A stretch of DNA of 64,000 nt, from NCBI RefSeq assembly GCF_009914755.1, contig NC_060944.1. One strand, written 5' to 3'. A model generated the notes under the pieces. The model was given only the letters and a program-made list of their open reading frames with translations. It did no database searches and was not told the DNA's origin. This DNA comes from the human T2T-CHM13v2.0 reference genome, Homo sapiens. Position numbers and translations under genes: made by a program. Shown here piece after piece: positions 26,414-41,349 of the stretch; positions within the stretch are counted from its first letter, which is position 1; every line of letters starts with the position of its first letter.

Positions 26414-28676
26414 TATTAATATAATATTAATATTATATTAATAATAATATAATATAGGTAATAATAATAATATAGGTTTATATGTATAAATTATATATAC
26501 TATATGCATTATATATAAATTTAAAGTAATGCAGAGGGCAAGTGTTAAACAGCAACATATATACCTTTGCTTATTGTCTTGTAAATAAAGGCTAAGTCCA
26601 GAACTTGGCTGACTTTCCAACTTGCAGAATCAATTTTTTGTTTACCCACCTAGGACAGAGTCTGAAAAACAACAAGAACTCAATAAATATTTGTCCTATG
26701 AATGAATGTATTCAGTTGGCTGTTGTCTCTCCATTCTTCTTAAGCTGATTATCATTCTAGTAATATGCTATTTCTTTTAAATGGCAATTAAGTGATACTG
26801 AATTTGCCACTTGTAACAGGGTATCAAATACAATCACAGAGTCACTAAATTGTGTCTTTGTTTCATCTCCTTAATCATATTTTCCCACACTTGCTTTAAA
26901 AGTTTCCTTGTCATAGTGATCAAACACAAAGGGGAGTGAAGAAACTATAATTCTTCAAGTGTCTAAAATCAGATGATGCTGAAATGGATCATGTGCTTAC
27001 TAAATAAGACACAGAGTAAATTCCATATCTGCTTGGAGCATGTGACTTCCTGTGTAACATGGAGAAGCCACTCAAAATCACTTAATCACCATGTAACAAA
27101 AGAGGCCCATTTAATTATGTGAGGATGTGTAGAATATATTTAGTTAATAGCTATATATTTCCTATTATTGTCTTCTCATTTCCAGCGAGCAGTCTATTTC
27201 TGACCTAGTATTACGTTTTAGAATTTACTTTAATATGTAGCCAACTTCTCACGCCGTGAGGATCCTCCTCTGAGCTCAGAGACACCAACATCCGCTACTA
27301 ACTGTCCTCCTCAGAGGTCGGGGTCCCAGCCCCACGGGGATCCTTCTCCAAGATGAATTAACATCCCTCTATAGAGGTCTGAGTTTCAGCTCACAGGGTC
27401 CCTTCTCTACAGTTCTCATTTTAATCAGTCCGATACCTTGCCTATGTTCTCCTAGCCCATGGGATGGTCCTTGTTTCCTGCAGCTCCAATTCAGTGATAC
27501 CTTCTTTTGCCCTTTATTTATTCACTGCTGCGTTACACTTCTTTACATTGAATTCCTCACCGTCAACAGAACCGGTGCAATTTGTGTCTCCTAACTGATA
27601 AACCCCTCTCTTCATCTGAAGTGCTCTTCTAATCCTCTCTATTGAAATCTTGGTGAATTTCTGATCTAAGACAATAAGAATTAAACCAATACGTAGTAAA
27701 CATTTATATTTATTCTGCAAATAAAAGAGCTTCTTAATGATAGGACAGAAAAAACACAAAGGGAGACTTAACAAACACGTCACCAATTTTGGCTAAATAT
27801 TTACCTTGATTCTACAACAAAAACATATTTTTACAAACATTATTACTTAAACTGACTGGAAAAATACAGTTCAAGAACTCTTAAAAAGAGAAGACACTTT
27901 GATCCTGAAACTGAAAACATTAGTATCCTATATAATCGTGAAAGGAAATTGGATATGTTTAATGAATCCTGACTATTACATTGTTCATAGTTAGCAAGAA
28001 CAGATTATATTTTATAAAACTTCTTGCTTCTCGGGGTCAAACTAAACCATTTGGACATTTCTTTCTCATTCACCAGCATGACTTTTTCAAAAATTAGCCA
28101 CAGTTTAATTGGGAAGAAGTTTTGTCAGGAAAATTAAATTAGCTGGGATGCAGATTAAAGGATTATGATTTCTTATCTATTTTGGTAGCTTCTGTTTATC
28201 TGTAACATTTCTCAGATAATGGACTACAGTAGATGGCTCAGTTTTATTTTGTTTAATGAGATGTTGAGCTTGCTTTTCTTATTTAGCATATAAATTACTG
28301 TAACTACTGATTTTTGAAGAGTCACATTTTTTCTTTTAATGAACCTACCTTTACTGAACTTTTTTCAGACTACATAATGCTTGCTTTCTAAAACAATTTA
28401 GAAGATACATAAAATTATACAAAAGAAAGTAGAAGTTGCCTGAAATCTCACTATCCTATTATGTATGCAGATTAATTTACATAATTTTATATAAAAATGG
28501 AATATAATGAATTTTTTCATATCACTTTGTAAAGCTTTTTGGCATTACCTTTTAATGCTGACCATGAGGACAGCCTGCAACCCAGCAATCCCAGACCTAG
28601 GTATACACCCTAGAGACACCCTTGCCCATATGCCCCAGGAGACATATACAGGGATGTTCATAACAGCCCCAAAGAG

Positions 28677-29208
28677 AGTAAAAGGAAAATAGAATCTCAG
28701 GACTCCAAACTCACTATGCTGAAGAGAAAGTTAAGCTTGGGAACTGAGTCATGCAAAAACCTCCTTCCTTTCATTCACAAAGTGATGGCTATAATTTCAC
28801 AGGCTTACTTTATGTAAAAGGTAGATTTACTGAGCACACGATGAGTGCATAACTGACTTTTTCTTCTATTCCCTTCTTTTCCCATGTAAAATGTAGATTC
28901 ACTGAGTGCTAATCAGAACTTCACAAGAATGTAACCACTTGCTTCCTTGCCTATCCACCCTTCTATTTTTTTTTTCTTTTTTCTTTTTCTCTCTCTCCTG
29001 CTTGCTCTTTCCCCTTTAAATATTGAAATCCCCAAGCCCTCAAGCTTTTTTTCCTGGAAAAAGCACAAGCTCCCCAAGATTTTTTGGGGAAAAACACAAG
29101 TCACAGGTTCTACTGTGACTTGAATTTCTTTTTCCCAGGCCTGCCCTCAACCTTGGCAAAATAAAATTCTAATTGACTGAGATCTGCTTCCATCACTTTT
29201 TGGTCTAC
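28677..29208 (+). mobile_element. MER4 (B/D-like) ERV1 solo LTR
   Basis: gtaaaaggaaaatagaatctcaggactccaaactcactatg...ttggcaaaataaa...tttttggtctac. Confidence 0.85.
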
Positions 29209-29750
29209 TGAAGGGGCAACACACCTGTCCATCAATAGGACTGGAGGCACCAGACAATTGTGCCTTTCATCTTATGTGATATTTCTTTATCCTGTTAAGG
29301 CTTTCAATCTTAAACTCTCTCTCATGTGCTATTAATATTGTAAAACTTGTGTTCTTTTTATTTTTGTCTTGGAACTACAGTGTCAGTATTAAAATTTCCC
29401 TTTTTCTTAAAGAAATGTTTTCCTCCTTTCTTAAATTTTGTACAAATTTATTCTTCAAGTTCAGGAAGTTTACCAGGGAATTCCAGATTTCATTTATTCA
29501 GCTCTGTCAGGAGCTCATTTCATCCTTTAACCACGAAGAAACTATCTTGCCTCCACTTAGGGTGGTTTTTTTCTATTATTTAATTACTGCCTCCCCCTCA
29601 TCTGTTCCTACTTACAGCATATTAGAGTTTCTGGAGTTTCACTCCAAATTGCTTTTGGTTCACCTCTTGATGGCCAAATCCTTGTAATGTGTTTGTGTTT
29701 AGAGAAATTTAAAAACACAGGGTCTTCTTGCCTGTTATATCTGGTCTGCT

Positions 29751-30000
29751 GGAGTCTGGCTGTGTCGCCCAGGCTGGAGTGCGGTGAGGCAATCTTGGCT
29801 CACAGGTTCAAGCAATTCTTCTGCCTCAGCCTCCCGCATAGCTGGCACTACAGGCGTGTGCCACCACGCCCAGCTAATTTTTGTATTTTTAGTAGAGACA
29901 GGGTTTCACCATGTTGGCCCACATGGTCTCCATCTCCTGACCTCGTGATCTTCCCGCCTCGGCCTCCCAAAGTGCTAGGTGTGAGCCACTGCACCCGGCC
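29751..30000 (-). mobile_element. AluS (Sc/Sg-like), tail-less, with two small internal deletions
   Basis: Alu consensus missing tgcaacctccgcctccc and gattaca segments. Confidence 0.92.
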
Positions 30001-30344
30001 TGCTCTTGTTTTCAATATTTCTCCTGAATTATAAAATTTGAAAATGATTTGTTTTTGTTTTCAAAAGAACTTTATTTTGTAATTAAATCTTTGTATGTCT
30101 CTTTATTTATTGACTTACCAACTTTAGATTGTTAGTTAAAGTTGTCATCTGTTTCCTGGAGTGGTTATTTTTGCTGGAAGCTACCTGTGGAGGGTGATCG
30201 GACCCATGTCTTCCTTCCTGTGACTTCTGGGTTCACCTCACTTTATTATTATTTTTCTGCCTCCTGTGGATGACTCACCCTTAAGTCTAGCCTTAAGTAA
30301 ATATTTGATATCTACCAGGAGCATTCAGGAAAAAAAAATCACAC

Positions 30345-32165
<1,821 letters not shown>

Positions 32166-34449
32166 TAGAAGCTTCAGAGGGCCCCACGACTTTTCTGTCC
32201 TATGTTCATGTGTCAGAGTCGAAAACACACTCTCATTTTAGTTCAGGATATTAATCAACACTTCGAACTTCCTTCTGAGATAAGATTTCTCCTCCTTCTC
32301 GCCAGCTCTGTGCTGCATTTGGTGGGGCCCCCGGCCATTAGAGAGGGGGATGTGGTTGGCTTCTGTTTGTTCTTTTATTTCGTCTTCCCTCATACCCTCT
32401 AGCTAGCTGTGGCTTTAGACCCTGCCTGGCAGAAAAGTGTGGGCAGGAGGAAGGAGAGGTGAAGATATGGAGCTGGAAAACTTCCAGTTTGCTGGGGATG
32501 GATTTTGTCACCGCTGACTTCTTGTGTTCTGGGGCTGGCTGATGTTTAAAGGGAACTCTCTTACATAAGATATTTGGTGGGGTTTTTGGATACCCCAATG
32601 GCCTCTCTCAACCCCAACCACAGCATTCGCACCTTCCTGGTTCATGCCTCCGATTCACTGGTGGACTATACCTCAGACTCTTGCTGTTAGAGCTCCCACA
32701 TCCTTCCAGATCATTTAAGCACAGTTGAGAAAGACACTCACATTCTTGGACCCACTGTGAGTGGAAAAATCTTTCCTTCCCAAATGTAGCCCTTTACAGT
32801 CTCTCTAACTAGTTTGTCACCGTCTAGACCTCTTGAAGAAGAGGCAGACAGTAGTCTGCTTTTTCCCACCTGCAACCGCATGGAGAACGTTGCTCCTTGG
32901 TGTGAAGGGAAGGAAGGCGCTTTGCTGGTTCTGTGGGACCTGGGCTCAGGCAGGAGGACTCGCACCAGGCAGAGCCTCTGTTAAGAAATCCCTTACGAAT
33001 CCCTGTCCATCTTCTCAACCTGCTGTGCATAAAGATTTTCATTTGTTTGTTTTAGGTTCAAATGTATTCTTTTTGAGAACATCCTGTCACGATATATAAC
33101 TGAAAAGTGATTACCATCCAGAACTCATAAGGAGCTTCTACAAATCAACAAGAAAAAGACAAATAGCACAGTAGAGGAATGTGGGAATGGTATATACAGA
33201 CAAATACAGAAGGAGAATTAAACAAAGAAAAGATGCTCAAAGTCACTGATCATCATCAGAATAGAACTGAACTCAACTGGCACTTGGATGTCAAAATTAA
33301 AGACATTTAAAGCATCTAGTTTGGCAAAAATGTAGGGAAGTAGATGCTCTCATGCACTGTAGTGGGAGTATGAATTGGCATTTTGACAAGGACTATACAA
33401 ATTTTTGGAAAATGTTATTTGGCCATATAATTAAAAATTCAAGTCCTCATACCCTGCAATCCATTAGAAGAGACTATATTACATTTTCCAGTGATGAGTG
33501 AAAATGGATCATCAGAGATCAGGAAAATATGCACAGTTGTAAAACAGAGATTTATTTTTGTGCACATCTGATTTGTGATTATTGAAGTGTTTGCAGCATC
33601 TGTTTTACCCATGTTTTTATGAGAATATATTCCTGCAACACTTACGCACTTAAATTTAAGAAGTCGCTTCATTTTATTACTGTTTTGTAGTAACGTAGTT
33701 CCACAAATACAACATTTGTTTTACAAAACATAAAATGATTTCATCATCACACTCTGCTCTTTCCTGGGCTACTAGCTTTAGAGGAGGTAAGCAACACCTT
33801 CTTAACAATCATTTAATTGCAGCTTGGGAAGAATTACAAAATTACAGAATTAGACAAGCATGACATTTCTTTAAGCCCTGGTTTACCCATTTCACTAGGT
33901 TATCACCTATATTCTTTTGAGATTAAAAAAATCAGATTAAATTCTAATTTTCATATTAAAATTGTTTCATATTAAAATTGTAGAAATAAAATTTTCTACA
34001 GCCAATCCATATTCAAATAATCTTCTGCTTAAGAAGGTGTCTCCGTGGCCCATTTCCTCTTCCATAGAGTTGCCCTTCTAAGAGAACTTGGGCCTCAACA
34101 ATCATATTTCTATTAAAATGGGACCGTGTCCAACCTATTTCTATAGCTAATTGGATCTTGATGTTCAGGTGACCCAAGGTATATTAATCAAAATGTCTCT
34201 CTTCAGTATCTGGGAGTAAGATTGAGACACTAAAGAGTCTGGACTCGTTGCTTGAACAGGAAACAGAAACAAGAGAGTTAGACGTATTCAGAAGGAGTTC
34301 AAATTATTCTGCAGAGAGGAAAAAATAAAAGCAGACACACAGAGAGAAGTTGAGAAGGAGACAAGGTACAGCTGCCTACTCCCCTAATTCCATAATGGCT
34401 TATTCCATAACGGTTCATAGTCGTTTTCTTTGTTTGGAAATAATCACTA

Positions 34450-34670
34450 TCAGTAATAACATTTACTGAGCATGTACTGTTTGCCAGAAACTATTCTAAC
34501 CACTTTACATATGATATACTGTCTCTTTCAATCTCTATAGCAGCCAGATGACTAAGGACTCTTACAACCCTATAAATGGAGGCAGAGTTTATCTACCTGT
34601 GGCCTTAGAACTAGTAATGCAGATAGCAACAATCTGAACCCAGGCCGAATGACTCCAGAGCCTAGATTTG
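34450..34670 (-). mobile_element. MIR
   Basis: aataacatttactgagcat...tgaacccaggc...tgactccagagcc. Confidence 0.7.
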
Positions 34671-34912
34671 CTCTCTCCTTATCTCTCTTAATTAGCTTTT
34701 CTTTTAATTTTGCTCCCTGCTACCGCAAGTCCTTATTTTGAAAATTCCCTCTTTGTCCCTAATATTTTCTTTGGCGTCACTCCCACCCACCGAGGATAAA
34801 ATCCGCATCATGTTTTGCTTTGAGTTGTCAGATTCTTTTAGTCTCCTTCAATCTAAAATAGACCCCGATGTTTTATTTTGTTTTGTTTGTTTGTTGGTTT
34901 TCTGTCCCATGC

Positions 34913-35478
34913 CTGTTCACAGTTATCTACTGTTGCATAACAAACTACCCTAAAAGCTTAGCAACTTAATGCCATTAAAAAACAACCATTTAATTTTGGT
35001 CATAGATACTGTAAATATAAAAAAATGGACAGGGCACAGTGGAGATGGCTTGTCTTTGCTCCACGATGCTGGTGCTTCAGCACCTGAGTAGCTGGAGGCT
35101 GGAATGCCCTGGAGTGTTCTTCATTGACATGCCTAGGGCTTGGGCTTGAATGATTCTAGGATTGGATTCAGCTGTGACTATCACTCGGAACACTCACACA
35201 CGGCTTTTCCATGTGGCTTAGGCTTCCTTACAACATGGTGGCTGCAGGGTAGTTAGACATCTTACATAACTGCTCATGGCTTCATGACCACATATTCCAA
35301 CACTACATTTAGAAGCTGCAAGGCCTTTAATAACCTAGCCTCAGAGTCACATGCTGTCACTTCAGCTCTACTGTGTTGATCAAAACAGTCACAGAGGAGG
35401 GAACCCAGACATCCCCCTCCCCCATATATTATTGGGAATAGTGTCAAGGAATTTACATCCATGGCTTAAAACTACCAC
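34913..35478 (-). mobile_element. MLT1 (G/H-like) LTR
   Basis: ctactgttgcataacaaactaccctaaaa...catggtggctg...aaaactaccaca. Confidence 0.8.
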
Positions 35479-35895
35479 AATATCCTTGATATTTTTGAAG
35501 CATCCAGGTCAGTTAAACAGATTTTGAACGGTCATGTCATATTGTTGCCTTCTACAAGTTATCCTGTTGACTTTCCAATTTTTATTTTCTAACTCTAGTT
35601 TGAAGTGGATTTCTGTTAAAACTTAAAGAGCTCTAAACAATAATGAAGAATATTTCAAATGTTTTAATTGTGCTGAACTCTAAGTATATTGTGCAGTAAC
35701 AAGCAGGCACGTCTTCAACAAAACTGCTGTTTATTGTTGAAGAAAAAGGCTATGACCTTCACTTTCTCTGGCTCACATCACCGAATCAAAAAACAACATG
35801 TAATGCCTATAACTCAGAAGGAATATTGAATCATAACATCTTCTGGCATGCATCACAGCATATTGCAGGGAGAAAAAGAAGACTGGTGTGCCATT

Positions 35896-36376
35896 TTTTT
35901 AATTGTTATTTTACTTTGAGTTTTGGTATATACATGCCGAATGTGCAGGTTTATTACATAGGAATATATGTGCCATGGTGGTTTGCTGTACCTATCAACC
36001 CATCGTCTAGGTTTTAAGCCACACATGCATTAGTTATTTGTCCTAATGCTCTCCATCCCTTTTCTCCCCACTCCCCAAAAGTCCCTAGTGTATGATGTTC
36101 CTCCCTGTGTCCATGTGTTCTCACTGTTCGGCTCCCACTTATGAGTGAGAACATGCGGTGTTTGGTTTTCTGATCCTGTGTGAGTTTGCTGAGGATGATG
36201 GTTTCCAGCTTCATCCATGTCCCTGCAAAGGGCATGAACTCATTCTTTTTATGGCTGCATAGTATTCCATGGTGTATATGTGCCACATTTTCTTTATCCA
36301 GTCTATCATTGATGGGCATTTGGGTTGGTTCCAAGTCTTTGCTATTGTAAATAGTACTGCCATAAACATACGTGTG
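35896..36376 (-). mobile_element. L1PA8-like 5'-truncated element
   Basis: L1PA 3'UTR and ORF2 tail; 12-bp TSD tggtgtgccatt (35884-35895 / 36377-36388). Confidence 0.95.
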
Positions 36377-36439
36377 TGGTGTGCCATTCTTTTAACAAAA
36401 ATTCTAAGGATATGAAATTCTCAACCAAGAAAATTTTTA

Positions 36440-36905
36440 AAATAAGGTTTATTGATATATTATATAAATGCATAATTTATATATGGTAAAATTTACCCCT
36501 TTATGGTATGAAATTCTGTGAGTTTTGACAAAATGTACTGTATAGTCAGTCATGGAAACACCACCACAATTAAGACATAGAACAATTCCATTTACTTCAA
36601 ATGATTCCCTACTGTGCCTTCATAGTCAATTCCCTTTACCCACTCTTAGCCTCTGGCAACTACTGATCTCATTTTTAACATTGTAGTCTAAAATTTTCCA
36701 GAAGGCCATATCTATGGAATCAAACTGTATGCAGCTGTTTGGGTTTGGCATCTTTCACTTACCACAGTACATTTGAGATTCATTCATGTTGTTGCATTTA
36801 TTCGTAACTCATTCTCTTTTATTGCTTAGTTGTATTCCACTGTATGAAGGTACACAATTTTTTCTTCCATTCTCCCACCAAGGGAAATTTGGGTTGATTT
36901 TAACA
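36440..36905 (-). mobile_element. L1MC/MD 3' end
   Basis: tctgtgagttttgacaaa...accaccacaattaagacatagaaca...ctggcaactactgatct. Confidence 0.8.
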
Positions 36906-38434
36906 CAGAACTTTTTTTTATATATAAAATAGCAGACTTGGGTAAAAATGAATCTTGTTATAGAGTCTTTAATTTCTTAGCTCTTCACATTTTCAGGTCA
37001 TCCTGAGTTTCTTATTAATAAAGTTTAGAAATTATCAGTCTGAAAGGAATGATGAAAGTTTTGAGGCAGCACTGGTCTTTTCCTAATCAATCTTTTTCCC
37101 ACTGAATTCTTTTCAGTTTGATGCAATTGCTCCTGTTTCTTAACAAGCACGATTATGGAAAGTGTTAAAAGAGGATTATGATCTGATTGGTGACAGCTGG
37201 CTTCATAACAATTGGATGAACAAAGGATTATCTAAGTGTACAACTTTAAAAAATAGGGCCAGGAGCTGGGTCAGAGGATGAAACAAACACCCTCTTTGGC
37301 TGACTTTTAAGCTTTAGGTCCTCAAATGATGCTGTTGCTTGGGTAATCGTGGACTTGCTGCAGGATCAAGAGGGAACAGGCAGTGGGAGGCACTAGAGAG
37401 AAAGAACATGATGAATATTTCGGTTTTTTCCATTATCCAGCTCCCTTTCTGCAATAATCAGAGTCATTTCACATGGTGTGCATGATTTCAATAGGTTAGA
37501 AACTAATTTTAAATCCATTAAAAATGAGCCCATGTCAGCATTGTCTCCATGACCTCTTGCCTTTAAAACTACTGAGAACAATGCTGCCTCGCTGATTTTC
37601 TCATGCTATTGTATCATTTGGCATAAAACAGGTGTGCCATAGATGTTTCATTGTCAGCTCAACATAATGTACCTGCACAATTCTCTAATTTCACTGTCAA
37701 TGGAGCAATCTTTTCTCCTTTGTTAAAAAGCTCTCAAAATCACTGTAAGTAATGCCAATGCATATTGAATTTAAGTCAAATAATACATTTTTGCCTTTCC
37801 CACTAACTTTGAATCTTTAAAAAGCAAAATCTGAAAAATTAGAGATGAGCCCTGGTGTGAGTCACTCTGTGCCAAATGTCTCTGGTTTTGTGACGTCAAT
37901 ATTTCTAAAAAGAAGAAAAAAATAGTAGGAAAAATTTTAAAAGTTCTTCATTACGCTTGAAGTCTCAAATCTTTTGTCTTTTATTTATTTTCAGTTCTTT
38001 TTTTTTTTTTTTACAATAATCTTTTCCTTAAAGGAGCTTCCATTGAAAAACAAAATGAGTATCAATTTGGATTCACATGCGACCATCTGTTTCCTTTCCC
38101 ACCTAGCTTCCTAATAATGCTACTTTCTTAGTACCTCTCTTGAGCAGTGTCTTGGTGAGGTACATAACTAGATACTTACAGAGTTATTCATAGTTACCTC
38201 AGCCAGGATCACAAAATGCACACTTATTTGTCTATGCTGATCAGTTTTTGTGCAATGAATGGGAATGAAAATTGATTCCATTATTTTTGTTATACATATA
38301 AGTTAAAGAGTCCAAAAGAGAAAACACAAAAGCATAATGAGGAAATGAAAAAGACAACTTGGGACTTTGGGGGTTCCAAATTGATGTTTCAAAATGTATC
38401 TGACAATTGAGGACTCAATTCCTGAGAGGAGGAT

Positions 38435-38758
38435 TTTTTTTTTCTTCTTTTTTTTTTTTAATTTTACTTTAAGTTCTGGGATACATGTGCAGAATGTCCA
38501 GATTTGTTACATAGGTATACATATGCCATGGTGGTTTGCTGCACCTATCAACCAGTCTTCTAGGTTTTAAGCCTCTCATGCACTAGGTATTTCTCCTAAT
38601 GCTATCCTCCCCTTTCCCCTGAGCGCACCGACAGGGCCCGGTGTGTGATGTTCCCCTCCCTGTGTCCATGTGTTCTCATTGTTCAACTCCTACTTATGAG
38701 TGAGAACATGTGGTGTTTGGTTTTCTGGTGCTGTGTTAGTTTGCTGAAGATGATGGCT
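38435..38758 (-). mobile_element. L1PA7/8-like 3' fragment
   Basis: tactttaagttctgggatacatgtgcagaa; TSD tgagaggag(g/a)at. Confidence 0.93.
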
Positions 38759-38974
38759 TGAGAGGAGAATGTTTTGAGAGAGAAGAGGCTATTTGAACAT
38801 TCACATTGTGAGAGAGGTCTTGAGAAGCGTCGTCGAGAGTGAGGTAGGTGGGTTTAGGGACCTGATACTTCTGGCAACATTTCTCTGACTACCTTTGTCT
38901 TCTTCAACTTAGCAGAAAAAGAGGGACTTTTGGATATGCTGGAGATTGACAGTGGCTTTAATAATGTGTTAATA

Positions 38975-40185
38975 TCATTCAATAAAAATAGTTATCATAT
39001 ACCTGTTATATATTTCCAGGGACTATTTTATGCATTGAGGTTATCATAAGCCAAACAACACAAAATCACTGTCCTCATGGAGCTTACATTTGAGTGGTCA
39101 GAGGTAGTTAAATAAGCAAAACTTTAAAACGACATAGGTAATAATATCAGTGGTGAAAATAAAGTAAGGTACTGAGGTGGACAGAAGTTGCTATTTTATT
39201 TTATTATTATTTTTTCTTTTTTTCTTTTTTTTATTATACATTAAGTTTTAGGGTACATGTGCACAACGTGCAGGTTAGTTACATATGTATACATGTGCCA
39301 TGTTGGTGTGCTGCACCTATTAACTCGTCATTTAACATTAGGTATATCTCCTAATGCTATCTCTTCCCCCCTCCTTCCACCCCACAACAGGCCCCAGTGT
39401 GTGATGTTCCCCTTTCTGTGTCCATGTGTTCTCATTGTTCAATTCCCACCTATGAGTGAGAACATGCAGTGTTTGGGTTTTTTTCTTTGCGATAGTTTGC
39501 TGAGAATGATGGTTTCCAGCTTCATCCATGTCCCTACAAAGGACATGAACTCATCCTTTTTTATGGCTGCATAGTATTCCATGGTGTATATGTGCCACAT
39601 TTTCTTAATCCAGTCTATCATTGTTGGACATTTGGGTTGGTTCCAAGTCTTTGCTACTGTGAATAGTGCCAGAATAAACATGCGTGTGCGTGTGTCTTTA
39701 TAGCAGCATGATTTATAATCCTTTGGGTGTATACCCAGAAATGGGATTGCTGTGTCAAATGGTATTTCTAGTTCTAGATCCCTGAGGAATCGCCACACTG
39801 ACTTCCACAATGGTTGAACTAGTTTACAGTCCCACCAACAGTGTAAAAGTGTTCCTATTTCTCCACATCCTCTCCAGCATCTGTTGTTTCCTGAGTTTTT
39901 AATGAGCGCCATTCTTTTTAAATAGGGACATGAGGGTGGGTCTCTCTGATGAGATGACTTTTAAGCAGAGGCTTAAAGGAAATGAGGAAGCGAGCTTTGT
40001 AGCTATCTTTGGAGAGACAGCGTTTGCTGCAGATGAAAGAGTTTGGGGCAGAGGCTCTGAGGCTGGAAAGAGCATCATGTGTTTGAACAGCTGCAAGGAG
40101 ACTCTGAGGCTGAGCTTGGTTAGGAAGAGCAAGAGTGGTGGAGGTTGAGACCAGAGCATAGCAGGGACATTTTGTTGTGACATTT
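38975..40185 (+). mobile_element. L2 fragment split by a young L1PA
   Basis: tcctcatggagcttacatt...gctattt | L1PA | taaataggg...tctctgatgagatgacttttaagcagag. Confidence 0.7.
39196..39915 (-). mobile_element. L1PA3-5-like 5'-truncated element retaining the ORF2 C-terminal 157 codons
   Basis: ORF 39439-39912 = ...[22 protein letters not shown]...MFSLIGGN (L1 ORF2p CCHC region) plus 3'UTR and poly-A. Confidence 0.97.
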
Positions 40186-40344
40186 AAACTCTACATTATT
40201 TCCAACTCACCATTTGACCTCAAGTCAATCTGACAATTGTGCATTAACTGAAGAGCTATTTTGTGATGAAGTTGCTTCATGTTCACAGTTTGACTGCTGA
40301 GTTTCAGCCTCAGATCACAATGTAAGACATTAAATCTTTACTCT

Positions 40345-41349
<1,005 letters not shown>

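Noticed and set aside
33949-34000. 16-bp tandem duplication plus 8-bp hairpin
   Set aside because: Short AT-rich slippage product, expected at background frequency
39439-39912. Intact 157-aa ORF with CCHC motif
   Set aside because: C-terminus of L1 ORF2p in a young 5'-truncated L1PA; intactness is expected for its age, no sign of domestication
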